A DNA stretch of 64,000 nucleotides from positions 40,593 to 104,592 of the forward strand of contig CAYQAW010000001.1 in the NCBI GenBank assembly GCA_964415615.1. The letters run 5' to 3'. This document shows, piece after piece, positions 8,761-18,641 of this stretch (position 1 is the stretch's first letter; the number at the start of each line of letters is the position of its first letter). The notes under the pieces were generated by a model. The model was not told the DNA's origin. It saw only the letters and a program-made list of their open reading frames with translations, and did no database searches. The position numbers and the translations under genes were made by a program. Source of the stretch: an uncultured Gammaproteobacteria bacterium. GTDB taxonomy: Bacteria > Patescibacteriota > Microgenomatia > Daviesbacterales > UBA10151.

Positions 8761-11050
8761 TGTATTTTCTTTTTAATAAATTTCTTGACAAGATAAATAA
8801 AACCGCCACCAAGGACATGATTGACAACACAATCGATTCATTAAGATAAGATGGTTTATATTTGAATTCAATAATATTTGAGCCAGCTGGAGCCTTGACC
8901 GCTCTAAATAAATAATTGGCTTGATATATAGATATTTCCTTACCATTCAAGTAAGCTTTCCAACCCGGAAAATTAGTGTCAGTTAGAACCAGTATGCCGT
9001 CATTAGATGAAATATAATCAATCTTTACGTAATCTGACTTATAAGTAGAGATTATCCCGGGTTTGATAGTAGTAGAATTACCTATTCCATTAAATTCTCC
9101 CGTATCTTTAGTTTCTAAAATAACAGTATTGGGATCAAAATTCTCTGCAGTTACTAAACTAAAAGCCTCTGAATCATTTTTTGCTTGAGACCATTGACTT
9201 GTTATATAAACTCTTGGTAAAGGACTATCAACAATTACTAAGCTATTGTTAAAATAAAGATATCTTACTGACCCAATCTTAAACAGATCTGTTTTACCTG
9301 CAAACCATTGCCTCTCTGCTTCATTCTGCCATTTTTCAAATCTCTTTAGCGGTAATGAAGCAAAACCATTAGCCTCCGGTATATGATGGGGTATCAATTG
9401 ATCAGGCATTAATCCGGTCCAGTCATGACTGAATGTATAGACCCGACCCGTGCTGTATGTTAATTCATTTTTCAACTTATTAATAGTAGAATCTTCACTG
9501 TTAATAAGTTCATTGAAATTTTTCCAGATATTTACTTTACTTGCAAAAAAGAATAAATCTGCAATAACAAATATAATAATAGCCATCTTAATGATGAAGG
9601 CCCTAAACCCATTACAAATTAATATAATAATTAATGCTGATAAGCTAATAAAAATTAATCCTATTTTTGTTTGTTCTTGGAAAGAATACAAAACCATCCG
9701 CTGCATAGAAGCAGGATTACCCAAATCTGTCACATAACCTAATTTTGAATAATTTTGTAGGATAAAATCGTAAATCTGTCCCGGATAAAATCTTGCAAAC
9801 GAAAAACCTACTATCACAACAATAAAGATTAAAAAGCTTGCTAAAATAATAGTTCCATTAATTTTAATTCCTTTTAATTCCCTCCGTTGGAATAGTACGG
9901 TGAATCCTAATCCTGCTAAGATTGCCAAGGAAAAATCAACTAGAAAAAGAAACCTTCCGGGAGCTCTTAGACCATCAAAGATCGGAATATGTAATAAAAT
10001 TTTATACAAGGGGGTATTTTTACCAAGAGCTAATATTAAACTAATCAACAAAAGCATAAAGAATAACATTGCCTTTTTTCTTGTTTCTTTTAAAAATGCA
10101 AAAGACGCAAGAAATAACGTTATAATTCCAACGTACCCCGTGGTTTCTATTTGACCCCAATAACCCCAAAAATGCCAAGTCATAGATGCTGTCCAGGGCT
10201 GCAAACTATTGAAATAAAAATTGGGAAAGAAAAAAGTAATAAAATCGAAAAAAGAGAACGATGAATTTGTGGCATCAGCAAAGCTAACACCCTGATTCCT
10301 TATAGATAGAAGGATTAATCCTATTGAATATAAAACATAGGGCAGAGAAATCATGAGGGCTATCCCTAACATGATAAATATCCCTACGATATTAAATATT
10401 TTAGATTGCGACCTTAGAAATAAATATAAGGTTACATAAATTATTGTCATTATGGGAATATTGGGATGACCCGTAAGAAGCTGTAAACCAAATGATGCAC
10501 CAGCTAATATAAAATACTGCTGTTTTTGTCTTGAAATTGCTAACTCTATAAAGAGTAATATTAATGGTAAATAAGCATAGGCATAAATATGACTAAAATA
10601 TTGCATATGGGCGATAATGAAACCATTAAACATAAAGACCACTCCAGCAAATAGAGCTGCAAATCTATTTAGGTTAATTTTCCTTGCAAAAAGATAAGTA
10701 CACATTCCGGCCAAGAAAACATGAAGAAAAGAAAGAATAAATACCGTCAGACGAAGTGGCAAAAAAATATGTATAATACTCAATGGATAAAACCAAGGTA
10801 TTTGTCCATCTCCTCCAATTGGAAATCCAAAATATATATCAGTTGTCCATAATGGCAAATGCAAAGACTTAAATGCTTCATCCATCAAATATATAAATGG
10901 AAGTACTATTTTGGGAGTATCAAAACCCCAAATTATTTGATCGCCAAAAAAACCGTTGAAGAAATATACAAAGCTTAGTAGAAATAGAACTAAAATAACT
11001 GTTAAAGCTTTATAGTTTGCAAAAAGTTTTTTAAATTTATGGATTTCCAT
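8747..11050 (-). CDS. YfhO-family membrane protein (GT-C-like putative glycosyltransferase)
   Basis: 767 aa, with a polytopic N-terminus plus a large C-terminal extracytoplasmic domain. The size and hydropathy pattern fit the YfhO family. Confidence 0.55.
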   Translation of the reverse strand: MEIHKFKKLFANYKALTVILVLFLLSFVYFFNGFFGDQIIWGFDTPKIVLPFIYLMDEAFKSLHLPLWTTDIYFGFPIGGDGQIPWFYPLSIIHIFLPLRLTVFILSFLHVFLAGMCTYLFARKINLNRFAALFAGVVFMFNGFIIAHMQYFSHIYAYAYLPLILLFIELAISRQKQQYFILAGASFGLQLLTGHPNIPIMTIIYVTLYLFLRSQSKIFNIVGIFIMLGIALMISLPYVLYSIGLILLSIRNQGVSFADATNSSFSFFDFITFFFPNFYFNSLQPWTASMTWHFWGYWGQIETTGYVGIITLFLASFAFLKETRKKAMLFFMLLLISLILALGKNTPLYKILLHIPIFDGLRAPGRFLFLVDFSLAILAGLGFTVLFQRRELKGIKINGTIILASFLIFIVVIVGFSFARFYPGQIYDFILQNYSKLGYVTDLGNPASMQRMVLYSFQEQTKIGLIFISLSALIIILICNGFRAFIIKMAIIIFVIADLFFFASKVNIWKNFNELINSEDSTINKLKNELTYSTGRVYTFSHDWTGLMPDQLIPHHIPEANGFASLPLKRFEKWQNEAERQWFAGKTDLFKIGSVRYLYFNNSLVIVDSPLPRVYITSQWSQAKNDSEAFSLVTAENFDPNTVILETKDTGEFNGIGNSTTIKPGIISTYKSDYVKIDYISSNDGILVLTDTNFPGWKAYLNGKEISIYQANYLFRAVKAPAGSNIIEFKYKPSYLNESIVLSIMSLVAVLFILSRNLLKRKYNEQN

Positions 11051-11105
11051 TAAAATGCAGCTACGTAAAGTATATTATAATGAGAATCAATATACTAAAT
11101 AATTT

Positions 11106-12335
11106 ATGATTAAAAGGATTATTTTTTTGATTTCATTATTAAGATTCGCCTTTATTTTAGTTCCTAGTTTCAAAATAGATATGACAGATTGGCAGGCTTG
11201 GAGTGCCAGAATAGCAGAGGTTACTCCACTTCATTTCTACAACCCGAATTATTTCGCTGATTATTTTCCCGGATATCTCTATATGCTTTGGTTCTTAGGT
11301 AAGTCTTTCTATATTCTACTCCCGCATTTATCTGTATTTAGTATCGAATTCGAGATCTACTTAAAATTATTTACTAATCTATTTGATTTAGGAACTGCAT
11401 ACTATATTTATAAGATTGTTTACAGGTATCAACATAAATTTGCATTAATTGCTCCAATTTTTTATCTTGCTAATCCTGCTCTTGTTTTCAATTCTTCTGT
11501 TTGGGGACAAGTCGATGGGATTCTAGCATTTTTCCTAGTTTATTCTGCATATTGTTTAATAGAGCTCAAAAAAGCTTATCGTTCTAATTTCTTTTCGGCT
11601 TTGTCAATTATTATCAAACCTCAAGGATTAGCAATATTTCCAGTTATGATTATTTATCTTCTTTCGAATTTTAACTTCAAAAAGTACTTTAGTTTATTAA
11701 TAATCCCCGCTCTACTGATTCTCCTCTCTTTGCCGTTCTTTCTAAAAGATCCAATACTAGGACTCTTACATCTATTTCAAAAAAGCGCTAATACATATCC
11801 TTATACCTCAATGTTTTCCTATAACTTCTGGTCCTTTGCTGGATGGTGGAAACCAGACTCAACTAGATTTTTAGACCTTACTTTTCAAACCTGGGGAATA
11901 GCATTTTACCTAACATCATTAATCTTTATCTCGCTACCTTTAATTTTTAGAAGGAATCAGGATAACTTTTCTATATATTTTGCCTTGGCTTTAGCAAGCT
12001 TTGCATTTTTTCTATTCTTAACTAGAATTCACCAACGATATCTTTTTCCATTTTTTTCATTTCTATTAATCACCACTTTTATAAAAAACTCCTTGAAACT
12101 AAAAACTATTTATATTGCTCTTTCCTTAATCCATTTCATTAATCTGTGGTACGTTTATTATTACTATAATTATGTATATCTAAATCCTAAATTTTCATCT
12201 CTTTTAATTTACAAATTCTTAAGCGCAAACTATAATTTATTCACCCTGCTTAATTTGTTTGGTTTCGGATTATTGGTCTTGATATATTATAAAGCTGGAT
12301 ATACTAAGAAAAATCATGTTCAAAAAATTTCTTAA
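11106..12335 (+). CDS. membrane glycosyltransferase, DUF2029/GT87-like (mannosyltransferase-like)
   Basis: 409 aa and polytopic. Loop motifs MTDWQAWSARIAE and YNPNYFADYFPGYLY are typical of DUF2029 (PIG-M-like) GT-C enzymes. The family assignment is tentative. Confidence 0.45.
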   Translation: MIKRIIFLISLLRFAFILVPSFKIDMTDWQAWSARIAEVTPLHFYNPNYFADYFPGYLYMLWFLGKSFYILLPHLSVFSIEFEIYLKLFTNLFDLGTAYYIYKIVYRYQHKFALIAPIFYLANPALVFNSSVWGQVDGILAFFLVYSAYCLIELKKAYRSNFFSALSIIIKPQGLAIFPVMIIYLLSNFNFKKYFSLLIIPALLILLSLPFFLKDPILGLLHLFQKSANTYPYTSMFSYNFWSFAGWWKPDSTRFLDLTFQTWGIAFYLTSLIFISLPLIFRRNQDNFSIYFALALASFAFFLFLTRIHQRYLFPFFSFLLITTFIKNSLKLKTIYIALSLIHFINLWYVYYYYNYVYLNPKFSSLLIYKFLSANYNLFTLLNLFGFGLLVLIYYKAGYTKKNHVQKIS

Positions 12336-13530
12336 ACCAAGAAGTATTTTAATTACAATTTTAATTGTAACAGCTTTTCTTCGCTTGTACCGCCTGGATT
12401 ATCCAAATAAATATGTCTTTGATGAAGTTTACCATGCTTATACCGCTAAAGAATATTTAAAGGGTAACAAAGACGCCTGGAGCCCCTGGGGTAAATCACC
12501 GCCAGGCGTGGCTTTTGAATGGCTGCATCCACCTATTGCCAAAGAACTCATGACAGCTTCAATGTTTATCCTGCATAACACTGATGCTTGGGCTTATAGA
12601 TTACCAGGGGCTCTCTTAGGAATCTTATCAGTATTTTTAGTTTATAAATTAGCAATATTGCTTTTAAAAAACGAGACTGCTGCCTTACTGTCTGCTTTTA
12701 TTTTTTCCATTGACGGATTAGTCTTTGTCCAATCTAGAACTGCTATGAATGACGCTTATCTTGTAGCTTTTATTTTACTAAGTGTTATTTTTTTCGTAAA
12801 ACAAAGATATATTTTAGCAGCGGTTTTCATGGGTATATCTATGTCCACAAAGTGGACGGGAGTTTATTTAGTTCTTTTTTATTTACCAATTCTTTTATAT
12901 CAACGCCAGTTCAGTAAACTAAGCTATTTTATACTAATCCCTCCTATCATTTATTTCATAAGCTACATTCATTATTTTTTGATGGGTTATAATTTAAGTG
13001 ATTTACTCGAATTACACAAGCAAATTTGGTGGTATCAAACTCACTTAAAAGCAACACATGCTTATTCTTCTCCCTGGTGGTCATGGCCACTTAATTTATA
13101 TCCAGTTTGGTATTTCGTGGATTATCAAAAAAATAACATTGCTAATATCTTTGCCTCAGGCAATCCTGTTGTTTTTTGGGTAGGTAGCGCTACTGTAATA
13201 CTTACGATGATAGAAGCAATAAAGAAAAAAGCTTTAAATCTATTATTAATTTCATTGGGATTTATTGTCTTCTGGTTACCATGGGCGCTGTCTCCTAGAA
13301 TTATGTTCTTATATCATTTCAGTCCTTCTGTTCCATTTCTATCCCTTGCTTTGGGTCACCAGTTAAATTCAATTTTGAAGAACAAAGAAGAAAGGAAATT
13401 AGCTATAACTATTCTAATCCTGATAATATTAAGTTTTATTTTGCTCTTTCCATTTTTAACAGGAGTACCTATTCCAAGAAGTTTTGTTAAAATATTTTTC
13501 CTCTTTAATTTATCAAAAAATCCTTTTTAA
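12316..13530 (+). CDS. protein O-mannosyltransferase-like GT39 family membrane protein
   Basis: 404 aa. YVFDEVYHAYTAKEYLKG is the PMT/GT39 DE-motif loop (FDEVH). The protein is polytopic. Confidence 0.7.
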   Translation: MFKKFLKPRSILITILIVTAFLRLYRLDYPNKYVFDEVYHAYTAKEYLKGNKDAWSPWGKSPPGVAFEWLHPPIAKELMTASMFILHNTDAWAYRLPGALLGILSVFLVYKLAILLLKNETAALLSAFIFSIDGLVFVQSRTAMNDAYLVAFILLSVIFFVKQRYILAAVFMGISMSTKWTGVYLVLFYLPILLYQRQFSKLSYFILIPPIIYFISYIHYFLMGYNLSDLLELHKQIWWYQTHLKATHAYSSPWWSWPLNLYPVWYFVDYQKNNIANIFASGNPVVFWVGSATVILTMIEAIKKKALNLLLISLGFIVFWLPWALSPRIMFLYHFSPSVPFLSLALGHQLNSILKNKEERKLAITILILIILSFILLFPFLTGVPIPRSFVKIFFLFNLSKNPF

Positions 13531-13535
13531 AAAAA

Positions 13536-13820
13536 TCATTCATTCTTCCCAAAAACCCAAGGTGTCTGAGTTTTAACCTGTTTCTCTTTTTTTCTATTCT
13601 TATTCAATAAATCACTCTTTTCTAACATCCTAGCTACCCTAATAACTGTGTCTGTACCTACTTTCATTTGCTCGGCTATTTTTCTAATAGACAAACCTTT
13701 CTCAAGATACTGAATAATTTGCCAGCGGTTCTTCAACATTCTTATTTCAGACGGCGTGAGTAAATTAGCAATAACATAATCAGGAACAGAAATATTTTTA
13801 ACTTTAAGTGGTTTTGCCAT
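13536..13820 (-). CDS. TrpR-like DNA-binding protein (YerC/YecD family)
   Basis: 94 aa. PSEIRMLKNRWQIIQYLEKGLSIRKIAEQMKVGTDTVIRVAR matches the TrpR-related YerC/YecD family. Confidence 0.6.
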   Translation of the reverse strand: MAKPLKVKNISVPDYVIANLLTPSEIRMLKNRWQIIQYLEKGLSIRKIAEQMKVGTDTVIRVARMLEKSDLLNKNRKKEKQVKTQTPWVFGKNE

Positions 13821-13831
13821 GTATTCTTATT

Positions 13832-14719
13832 TTATATTACCCAATCTTTAAAATTATTGGCAAACTTATAATTAGGTTTTGCAGCCAAGGATTCATCTAA
13901 GAATCCTCCTATTGCCCGTGCTGCCAGTACTACTTTTAATTTATCCTTTTTATATCCTCTCATCAGTAACCTGGAATAAATATCTTGAGCAATTAAGGGA
14001 TTTTTCAAAACACTAAAAACTCTTTGAATAAAATAACAGATATCATAATTTTCAACGCTATTTGGCTTAGCATGCTCCCCATCAATTAACCCTAATCTAC
14101 CTTCTCTTAAATTTAAAATATGCCAAGGCGCAAAATCACCATGCCTAGGATAACCTATTAATTCACCAACTCCTTTTTCAACAATCTCCAAAAGAAGTTC
14201 CAGTTTATACTTTTTGCGGATACCAACTGGGACATCGGCAAACCATAGATTAACCTTATCAATAAATCTTTTCCTATAATCACCTTCTTCGTAAGGCATT
14301 TTTTGTATTAATTCAGCAAGCTCAATCACCTGAGATATATAATCTGTCAGATGAAATGACAGTAATTCTCCATCAAAAAATTCTGTAATTAAATAGAAAT
14401 ATTTCTTTTTATAAAAACCACTGTCATAATTTTTGGGGACATTATATAAAAAACCTGATGGAAAATATTTATTAAAATAATCATTCCAATTATATTCATT
14501 TTTGGTAATAACACTGATTCCCTCACTGGTTGATAATTTTAAAAAATAAGTCTCACTATTTTTTGTAAGAATTCCCAGCACATGCCTGCCCCCATTCCAG
14601 AGCTTTTTGACATAATAATTTTTAGAAAAGAATAATTCTATCTTACCAAGATCTAAATTTTCCCCGAGACGATAATCAAGGATTTTATTTCCAGAAACAA
14701 CCTTAAATGAGTTCAGCAC
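13832..14719 (-). CDS. protein kinase-like / aminoglycoside phosphotransferase (APH) family protein
   Basis: 295 aa. The catalytic-loop-like YPRHGDFAPWHILNLREGRLGLIDGEHA (HGDxxxxN...D) matches the APH/choline-kinase fold. Confidence 0.55.
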   Translation of the reverse strand: MLNSFKVVSGNKILDYRLGENLDLGKIELFFSKNYYVKKLWNGGRHVLGILTKNSETYFLKLSTSEGISVITKNEYNWNDYFNKYFPSGFLYNVPKNYDSGFYKKKYFYLITEFFDGELLSFHLTDYISQVIELAELIQKMPYEEGDYRKRFIDKVNLWFADVPVGIRKKYKLELLLEIVEKGVGELIGYPRHGDFAPWHILNLREGRLGLIDGEHAKPNSVENYDICYFIQRVFSVLKNPLIAQDIYSRLLMRGYKKDKLKVVLAARAIGGFLDESLAAKPNYKFANNFKDWVI

Positions 14720-14991
14720 TATTTAATTAATCTTTTGAGAGTCTTACCAGCAGTAAAGCCAGGAGTCTTTTTACTGGGAATTTGAATATTTTCTCCTGTT
14801 TGAGGATTCCTGCCTCTTCTTGCTGCTCTGGATCTTATCAGAAAAGTTCCAAAACCAGTAATAACCACTTTTTCACCTCTTACTAACCCATCTCTGATTA
14901 AATTAAAGGTAGAATTAACTGCATCAGAGGAGGCTCTTTTTGTTAGATGTGCCTTCTTGGCCACTTTTTCGATTAATTCATTTTTTGTCAT
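14719..14991 (-). CDS. hup: DNA-binding protein HU
   Basis: 90 aa. MTKNELIEKVAKKAHLTKRASSDAVNSTFNLIRDGLVRGEKVVITGFGTF...RNPQTGENIQIP is the HU/IHF signature. Confidence 0.85.
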   Translation of the reverse strand: MTKNELIEKVAKKAHLTKRASSDAVNSTFNLIRDGLVRGEKVVITGFGTFLIRSRAARRGRNPQTGENIQIPSKKTPGFTAGKTLKRLIK

Positions 14992-15045
14992 ATGAATATG
15001 GATAAATTTACCAAATGTTTTGATCTTTGTAAAGCCCCAAAATCA

Positions 15046-16371
15046 TTATGTAGTCATGGTAGTTTCAGATATTCTTGTTTCCCTGATGGCAGTGATCTTG
15101 ACAGCTCCTGGCACCATTACTTCTTTGGAAATTCTTTCAGCTATATCATGGACAAGCTTTGGTAGTTCATCATCTGAAATTCTCTCTGGAACAACAATAA
15201 CTCTAACTTCTCTACCTGCTTGTACTGCAAAAGCTTTCTCCACTGCATCAAAGGAGGTGGCAATTTTTTCTATATCATCCATTCTCTTAATATAATCTCC
15301 AACATTTTCATGCCTGGCTCCAGGTCTTCCTCCAGAAATAGAATCAGAAATATAAACCAAAATTGACTCAACAGCAGAAAAAGGTTTATCTTCGTGATGC
15401 TCTGCAATACAGTTGATAATTTTTTCTGGTAAATTAAACTTTTTAGCAAGAGCAACACCTTTGTCGACATGGGTACCTTCATCTCCTTCTGTAACAACTT
15501 TACCTATGTCATGAAGCAGACATCCTATCCTTACTACATTAACATCTGCTCCAATCTCCCGAGCTAGTGCAATACCAATTTGGGTTTCCTCTTGGGTGTG
15601 TAAAATTAAATTCTGGCCATAAGAGTATCTATATTTAAATCTACCAATAATATCCATCAGTTCTACTGGAAGATTATAAACTCCTACATCATGACAAAGC
15701 TTTTCTCCAGCTGCCCTCATAAGTTTATTAATATCTGCTTCAGTCTTTTCTACAATTTCTTCAATTTTCTGTGGTTGAATCCTACCATCTTCCATTAATC
15801 TTTCCAGAGAGACTTTAGCAATTTCTCTTCTCACTGGATCAAATGAGGAAAGTATCAAAGTATCAGGAATTTCATCATCCATTACTACATCAACACCAGT
15901 GACTTGTTCAAAAGTTCTAACATTTCTACCTTCTTTACCAATAATTCTACCTTTCATTTCCTCATCAGGAAGTTTTACTTTAGAAGTAGTAAATTCAGAA
16001 ATATAGTCTGTTACCCCATGAAGCATGGCATCTGCTAAAATATCTTTTGCTTTTTCATCAGCAGTTATTTTTATTTCTTCCTCAGCTTCTTTAATCTTTT
16101 TGGAAATTTCACCTGCCAACTCTTGATCTAAATTTTCAAGGAGAATTTTTTGAGCTTCATCACGGGATACAGAGGAAACTTTTTCTAACTTAGAGACCAG
16201 ATCCTTTCTAGCCTTCTCTAGCTGCTCAAGTTTTTCATCAACTAATTTTTGCTTCTCAGAAATCTGCCTTTCTCTTTCTTCTAGTATTCCTTCTCTCTTA
16301 GCAAGTTCTGCTGAAGAGTTGGTTTGTTGATATGTCTGATCTGACTTAATAGGACCAAATGTTCTTTGCAT
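15046..16371 (-). CDS. rny: ribonuclease Y (KH + HD domains), N-terminal membrane anchor apparently absent
   Basis: It has a KH-domain segment GRIIGKEGRNVRTFEQVTGVDV and an HD-domain segment LLHDIGKVVTEGDEGTHV. The reading frame is closed by TGA 13 codons upstream of the annotated start, so no N-terminal TM is encoded. Confidence 0.85.
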   Translation of the reverse strand: MQRTFGPIKSDQTYQQTNSSAELAKREGILEERERQISEKQKLVDEKLEQLEKARKDLVSKLEKVSSVSRDEAQKILLENLDQELAGEISKKIKEAEEEIKITADEKAKDILADAMLHGVTDYISEFTTSKVKLPDEEMKGRIIGKEGRNVRTFEQVTGVDVVMDDEIPDTLILSSFDPVRREIAKVSLERLMEDGRIQPQKIEEIVEKTEADINKLMRAAGEKLCHDVGVYNLPVELMDIIGRFKYRYSYGQNLILHTQEETQIGIALAREIGADVNVVRIGCLLHDIGKVVTEGDEGTHVDKGVALAKKFNLPEKIINCIAEHHEDKPFSAVESILVYISDSISGGRPGARHENVGDYIKRMDDIEKIATSFDAVEKAFAVQAGREVRVIVVPERISDDELPKLVHDIAERISKEVMVPGAVKITAIRETRISETTMTT

Positions 16372-16651
16372 ATTAGTTTGAAGATCTGAAAAAATACCTA
16401 AAGTTAATCAGGATTGACAGGGGTATTTAATTTTAGAAAGTTTACTTTCATAAATTTACCTCAATTTTTCAGATTCCATTATTATTTTACTCTTTTCCTA
16501 TCACTTTTTCAACACTCATCACTCTAAAACCAAATTTAATCCTGACGTACCCGTGATTTGAGACGATCGTATAAATATACGGGTATGGTACCCAACAATT
16601 TTTCTAACAATTACTGGTATTCAAGTATTTTTTATATTAATAGATTTACCA

Positions 16652-16686
16652 AGAAAAAATTTTCCAAGCTATCAAGCTTTGGAAGG
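16652..16686. terminator. rho-independent terminator downstream of the coiled-coil gene (usable on both strands)
   Basis: TTCCAAGCT-ATCA-AGCTTTGGAA hairpin, flanked by AAAAAAA on the plus strand (U-run on the minus strand). Confidence 0.5.
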
Positions 16687-16705
16687 AAAACTTAACAAGA
16701 GCATG

Positions 16706-17449
16706 TTATAGGTCATTTGTCAAATTCTGCTGTGGCTTTGTTCCAGATTCAATAACTTTAACTGCTATTTCCTTCACCTGTCTGGTTGCATCTTCCAAAG
16801 CTTTTTTCAAAACTTCAATCTCCGTATTCAACCTGTTATTTTCTGTAGTTAAGTTGTTAATTTTTAAATTTAAAATATCTTTTTCTGACTTTTGTTCCTG
16901 CTCTTTCATTTTCCGTTCTGTTTCAAATTTGGAAACTAATTCTTTTCGCAGAAGTTCTTGAGCTGTAGATACTGCTTTTTCTTTTTCGCCATCAAATCCA
17001 TCTGTTGTCTTGCGCAGTTGAATCAACTCTGCTTTTTCCTGATTCAGGATTTCCTGCTGATCTTTTAGCTGCTTTTCCCATATAGCTTTTTTGTCAGTAA
17101 ATTCATCTTCTGCTATCTTCCTTCTTCTGGCTGTTTCATATTCATAAGTTTCTTTATTCCTTTTTCTCTCCAGTTCTTCCTGAATATTCCGATCCTCAAC
17201 ATCTTTGTCATGATTCTTCTGTTCCAAACTCCAGGATTCTTTGGTCTTGGTAATCTCTTTTTGCAATAGCTCAAATTCAGATTGAAGATCGGAAAAATTT
17301 TTAAGTAAGGCAGCAAACGGATCAATTTTAGTTGTCTTAACAGTTTCCGTCTCTTCAACAGGTTCTTCAATTGTCTTTTTGCTTTTAACAGTTCTAACTG
17401 CCATTGTGCTGATGATTCTATAGGACATCAGTTGGTTTGTCAAGATCAA
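16706..17449 (-). CDS. coiled-coil protein (hypothetical)
   Basis: 247 aa, highly charged with heptad periodicity (EELERKRNKETYEYETARRRKIAEDEF...). I recognise no enzymatic motif. The true start may be the internal M at codon 16. Confidence 0.45.
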   Translation of the reverse strand: MILTNQLMSYRIISTMAVRTVKSKKTIEEPVEETETVKTTKIDPFAALLKNFSDLQSEFELLQKEITKTKESWSLEQKNHDKDVEDRNIQEELERKRNKETYEYETARRRKIAEDEFTDKKAIWEKQLKDQQEILNQEKAELIQLRKTTDGFDGEKEKAVSTAQELLRKELVSKFETERKMKEQEQKSEKDILNLKINNLTTENNRLNTEIEVLKKALEDATRQVKEIAVKVIESGTKPQQNLTNDL

Positions 17450-17473
17450 ATATTTGCAAACAAAATTTTTCTA

Positions 17474-17722
17474 TTATTGATAGTGGTCGTTTATGTCAAT
17501 AATTTCAATTTTTCCGTCTTCTGTTGTACCGAAAATTACCCTATATTTTCTATCAATGCGAAATGAATGCAATTTCGAATGTTGAAGTTTTAAAATTTCC
17601 GTATGAAGTGAGGGATATCTTGGATTTTCTTTAAATAGTCTTAGTTGCTTATTAAACTTTTTGGTTAGATGATGTTTTTCAAGAAATACAACCAGATCTG
17701 CCCGTAATGGCTTAACGTTCAT
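17474..17722 (-). CDS. type II toxin, RelE/ParE superfamily
   Basis: The C-terminus SFRIDRKYRVIFGTTEDGKIEIIDINDHYQ is the RelE/ParE fold signature. The start is taken at the internal MNVKPLRADL, which overlaps the upstream RHH gene by 11 nt. Confidence 0.6.
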   Translation of the reverse strand: MNVKPLRADLVVFLEKHHLTKKFNKQLRLFKENPRYPSLHTEILKLQHSKLHSFRIDRKYRVIFGTTEDGKIEIIDINDHYQ

Positions 17723-17999
17723 AAAAAGAAGACTTACTAAGTCCTTTAATAACGCTATCAATAAATTTCTTATTGTACTTACCTGTTTTTTCAAAATCGG
17801 CTCTGATCTCTTCTAATGGCTTGGGAACAAAAGGCTCAAACCTGAATTCCTCCTTAGGATAAGAGAGATATCTCCTGAGTATGTTTCTAATAAATTCTGA
17901 ACGGGTTGAAAAACCCTGCTTTTTAGCTTCCATATCTACCTTTTTTGCTATTTGGCCTGGTAAAGAAATTGTGATAGTTGACATAACAATATTTAACAA
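17712..17999 (-). CDS. ribbon-helix-helix (CopG/Arc-type) antitoxin
   Basis: STITISLPGQIAKKVDMEAKKQGFSTRSEFIRNILRRYL is a typical RHH beta-strand plus two helices. It sits immediately upstream of the RelE/ParE gene and overlaps it. Confidence 0.6.
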   Translation of the reverse strand: MLNIVMSTITISLPGQIAKKVDMEAKKQGFSTRSEFIRNILRRYLSYPKEEFRFEPFVPKPLEEIRADFEKTGKYNKKFIDSVIKGLSKSSFYER

Positions 18000-18005
18000 T
18001 ATTTC

Positions 18006-18635
18006 TTAATTTTTGTCAATAACTTGTTTGATTATTTCATATTCAAATCCTTTTCTCATTAAAAACTCAAATGCTTTTTTCTTAAATTCTAAGGGGTCTA
18101 AATTTTTCCAAAATCTCATTTTCTTTTCCAAAGCTTGTTTTGCCAGCTCCTCTTCATTGAACTCTTGACTCTCGACTCTAGTCACTTCCTCAATAATTTC
18201 TTTATCAATCCCTTTTTGGAAAAGTTCTGCTTTAATTGCTCTTATTCCTTTTTGTTTACTCTTCCTTCTTGCTTCTACCCAAGCTTTAGCAAACTCTAAA
18301 TCGTGAACCATCCCTTTTTTCTTTAAATTTTCCACCAAAGCATCTACTACCAATTGACTTATTTCTTCTTTTCTTCTGACTCTAAAATAATCCCTAACTT
18401 CTTTTTCCGAATGTTGTCTAATGCCAAACCATCTGTACATCCTCTCCATTAATTTTCCTACTTCTGCCTCAAATAAAATTTTCTCCAGATCTTCTGGGGT
18501 TATAACTTTCCCAACCACCAATCTTCTATTGACTACTAAATCTTCATCTGCTCCAAATGCAAATTCCCCATCCAAAAATACATTAAATCTTCGTGGATTC
18601 TTTTTTTGTGGCTCTACTGAAGTAATCTTAGACAT
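18006..18635 (-). CDS. recX: recombination regulator RecX
   Basis: 209 aa of three-helix repeats (DYFRVRRKEEISQLVVDALVENLKKKGMVHDLEFAKAWVEARRKSKQKGIRAIKAELFQKGI), located near recA. Confidence 0.8.
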   Translation of the reverse strand: MSKITSVEPQKKNPRRFNVFLDGEFAFGADEDLVVNRRLVVGKVITPEDLEKILFEAEVGKLMERMYRWFGIRQHSEKEVRDYFRVRRKEEISQLVVDALVENLKKKGMVHDLEFAKAWVEARRKSKQKGIRAIKAELFQKGIDKEIIEEVTRVESQEFNEEELAKQALEKKMRFWKNLDPLEFKKKAFEFLMRKGFEYEIIKQVIDKN

Positions 18636-18641
18636 TTATAC

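Noticed and set aside
16540-16595. Hairpin TACCCGT-(24 nt loop containing ACGATCGT)-ACGGGTA in the rny upstream intergenic region
   Set aside because: It is a 7-bp stem with a long loop and no flanking U-run. I saw no second copy and nothing to support a function. It is noted only as a possible protein-binding palindrome.
16372-16705. A 330-nt non-coding gap, checked for tmRNA, SRP RNA and 6S RNA
   Set aside because: No tRNA-like acceptor/T-arm, no SRP domain IV motif and no other recognisable ncRNA signature was found. It contains the rny promoter region, the hairpin above and the coiled-coil-gene terminator.
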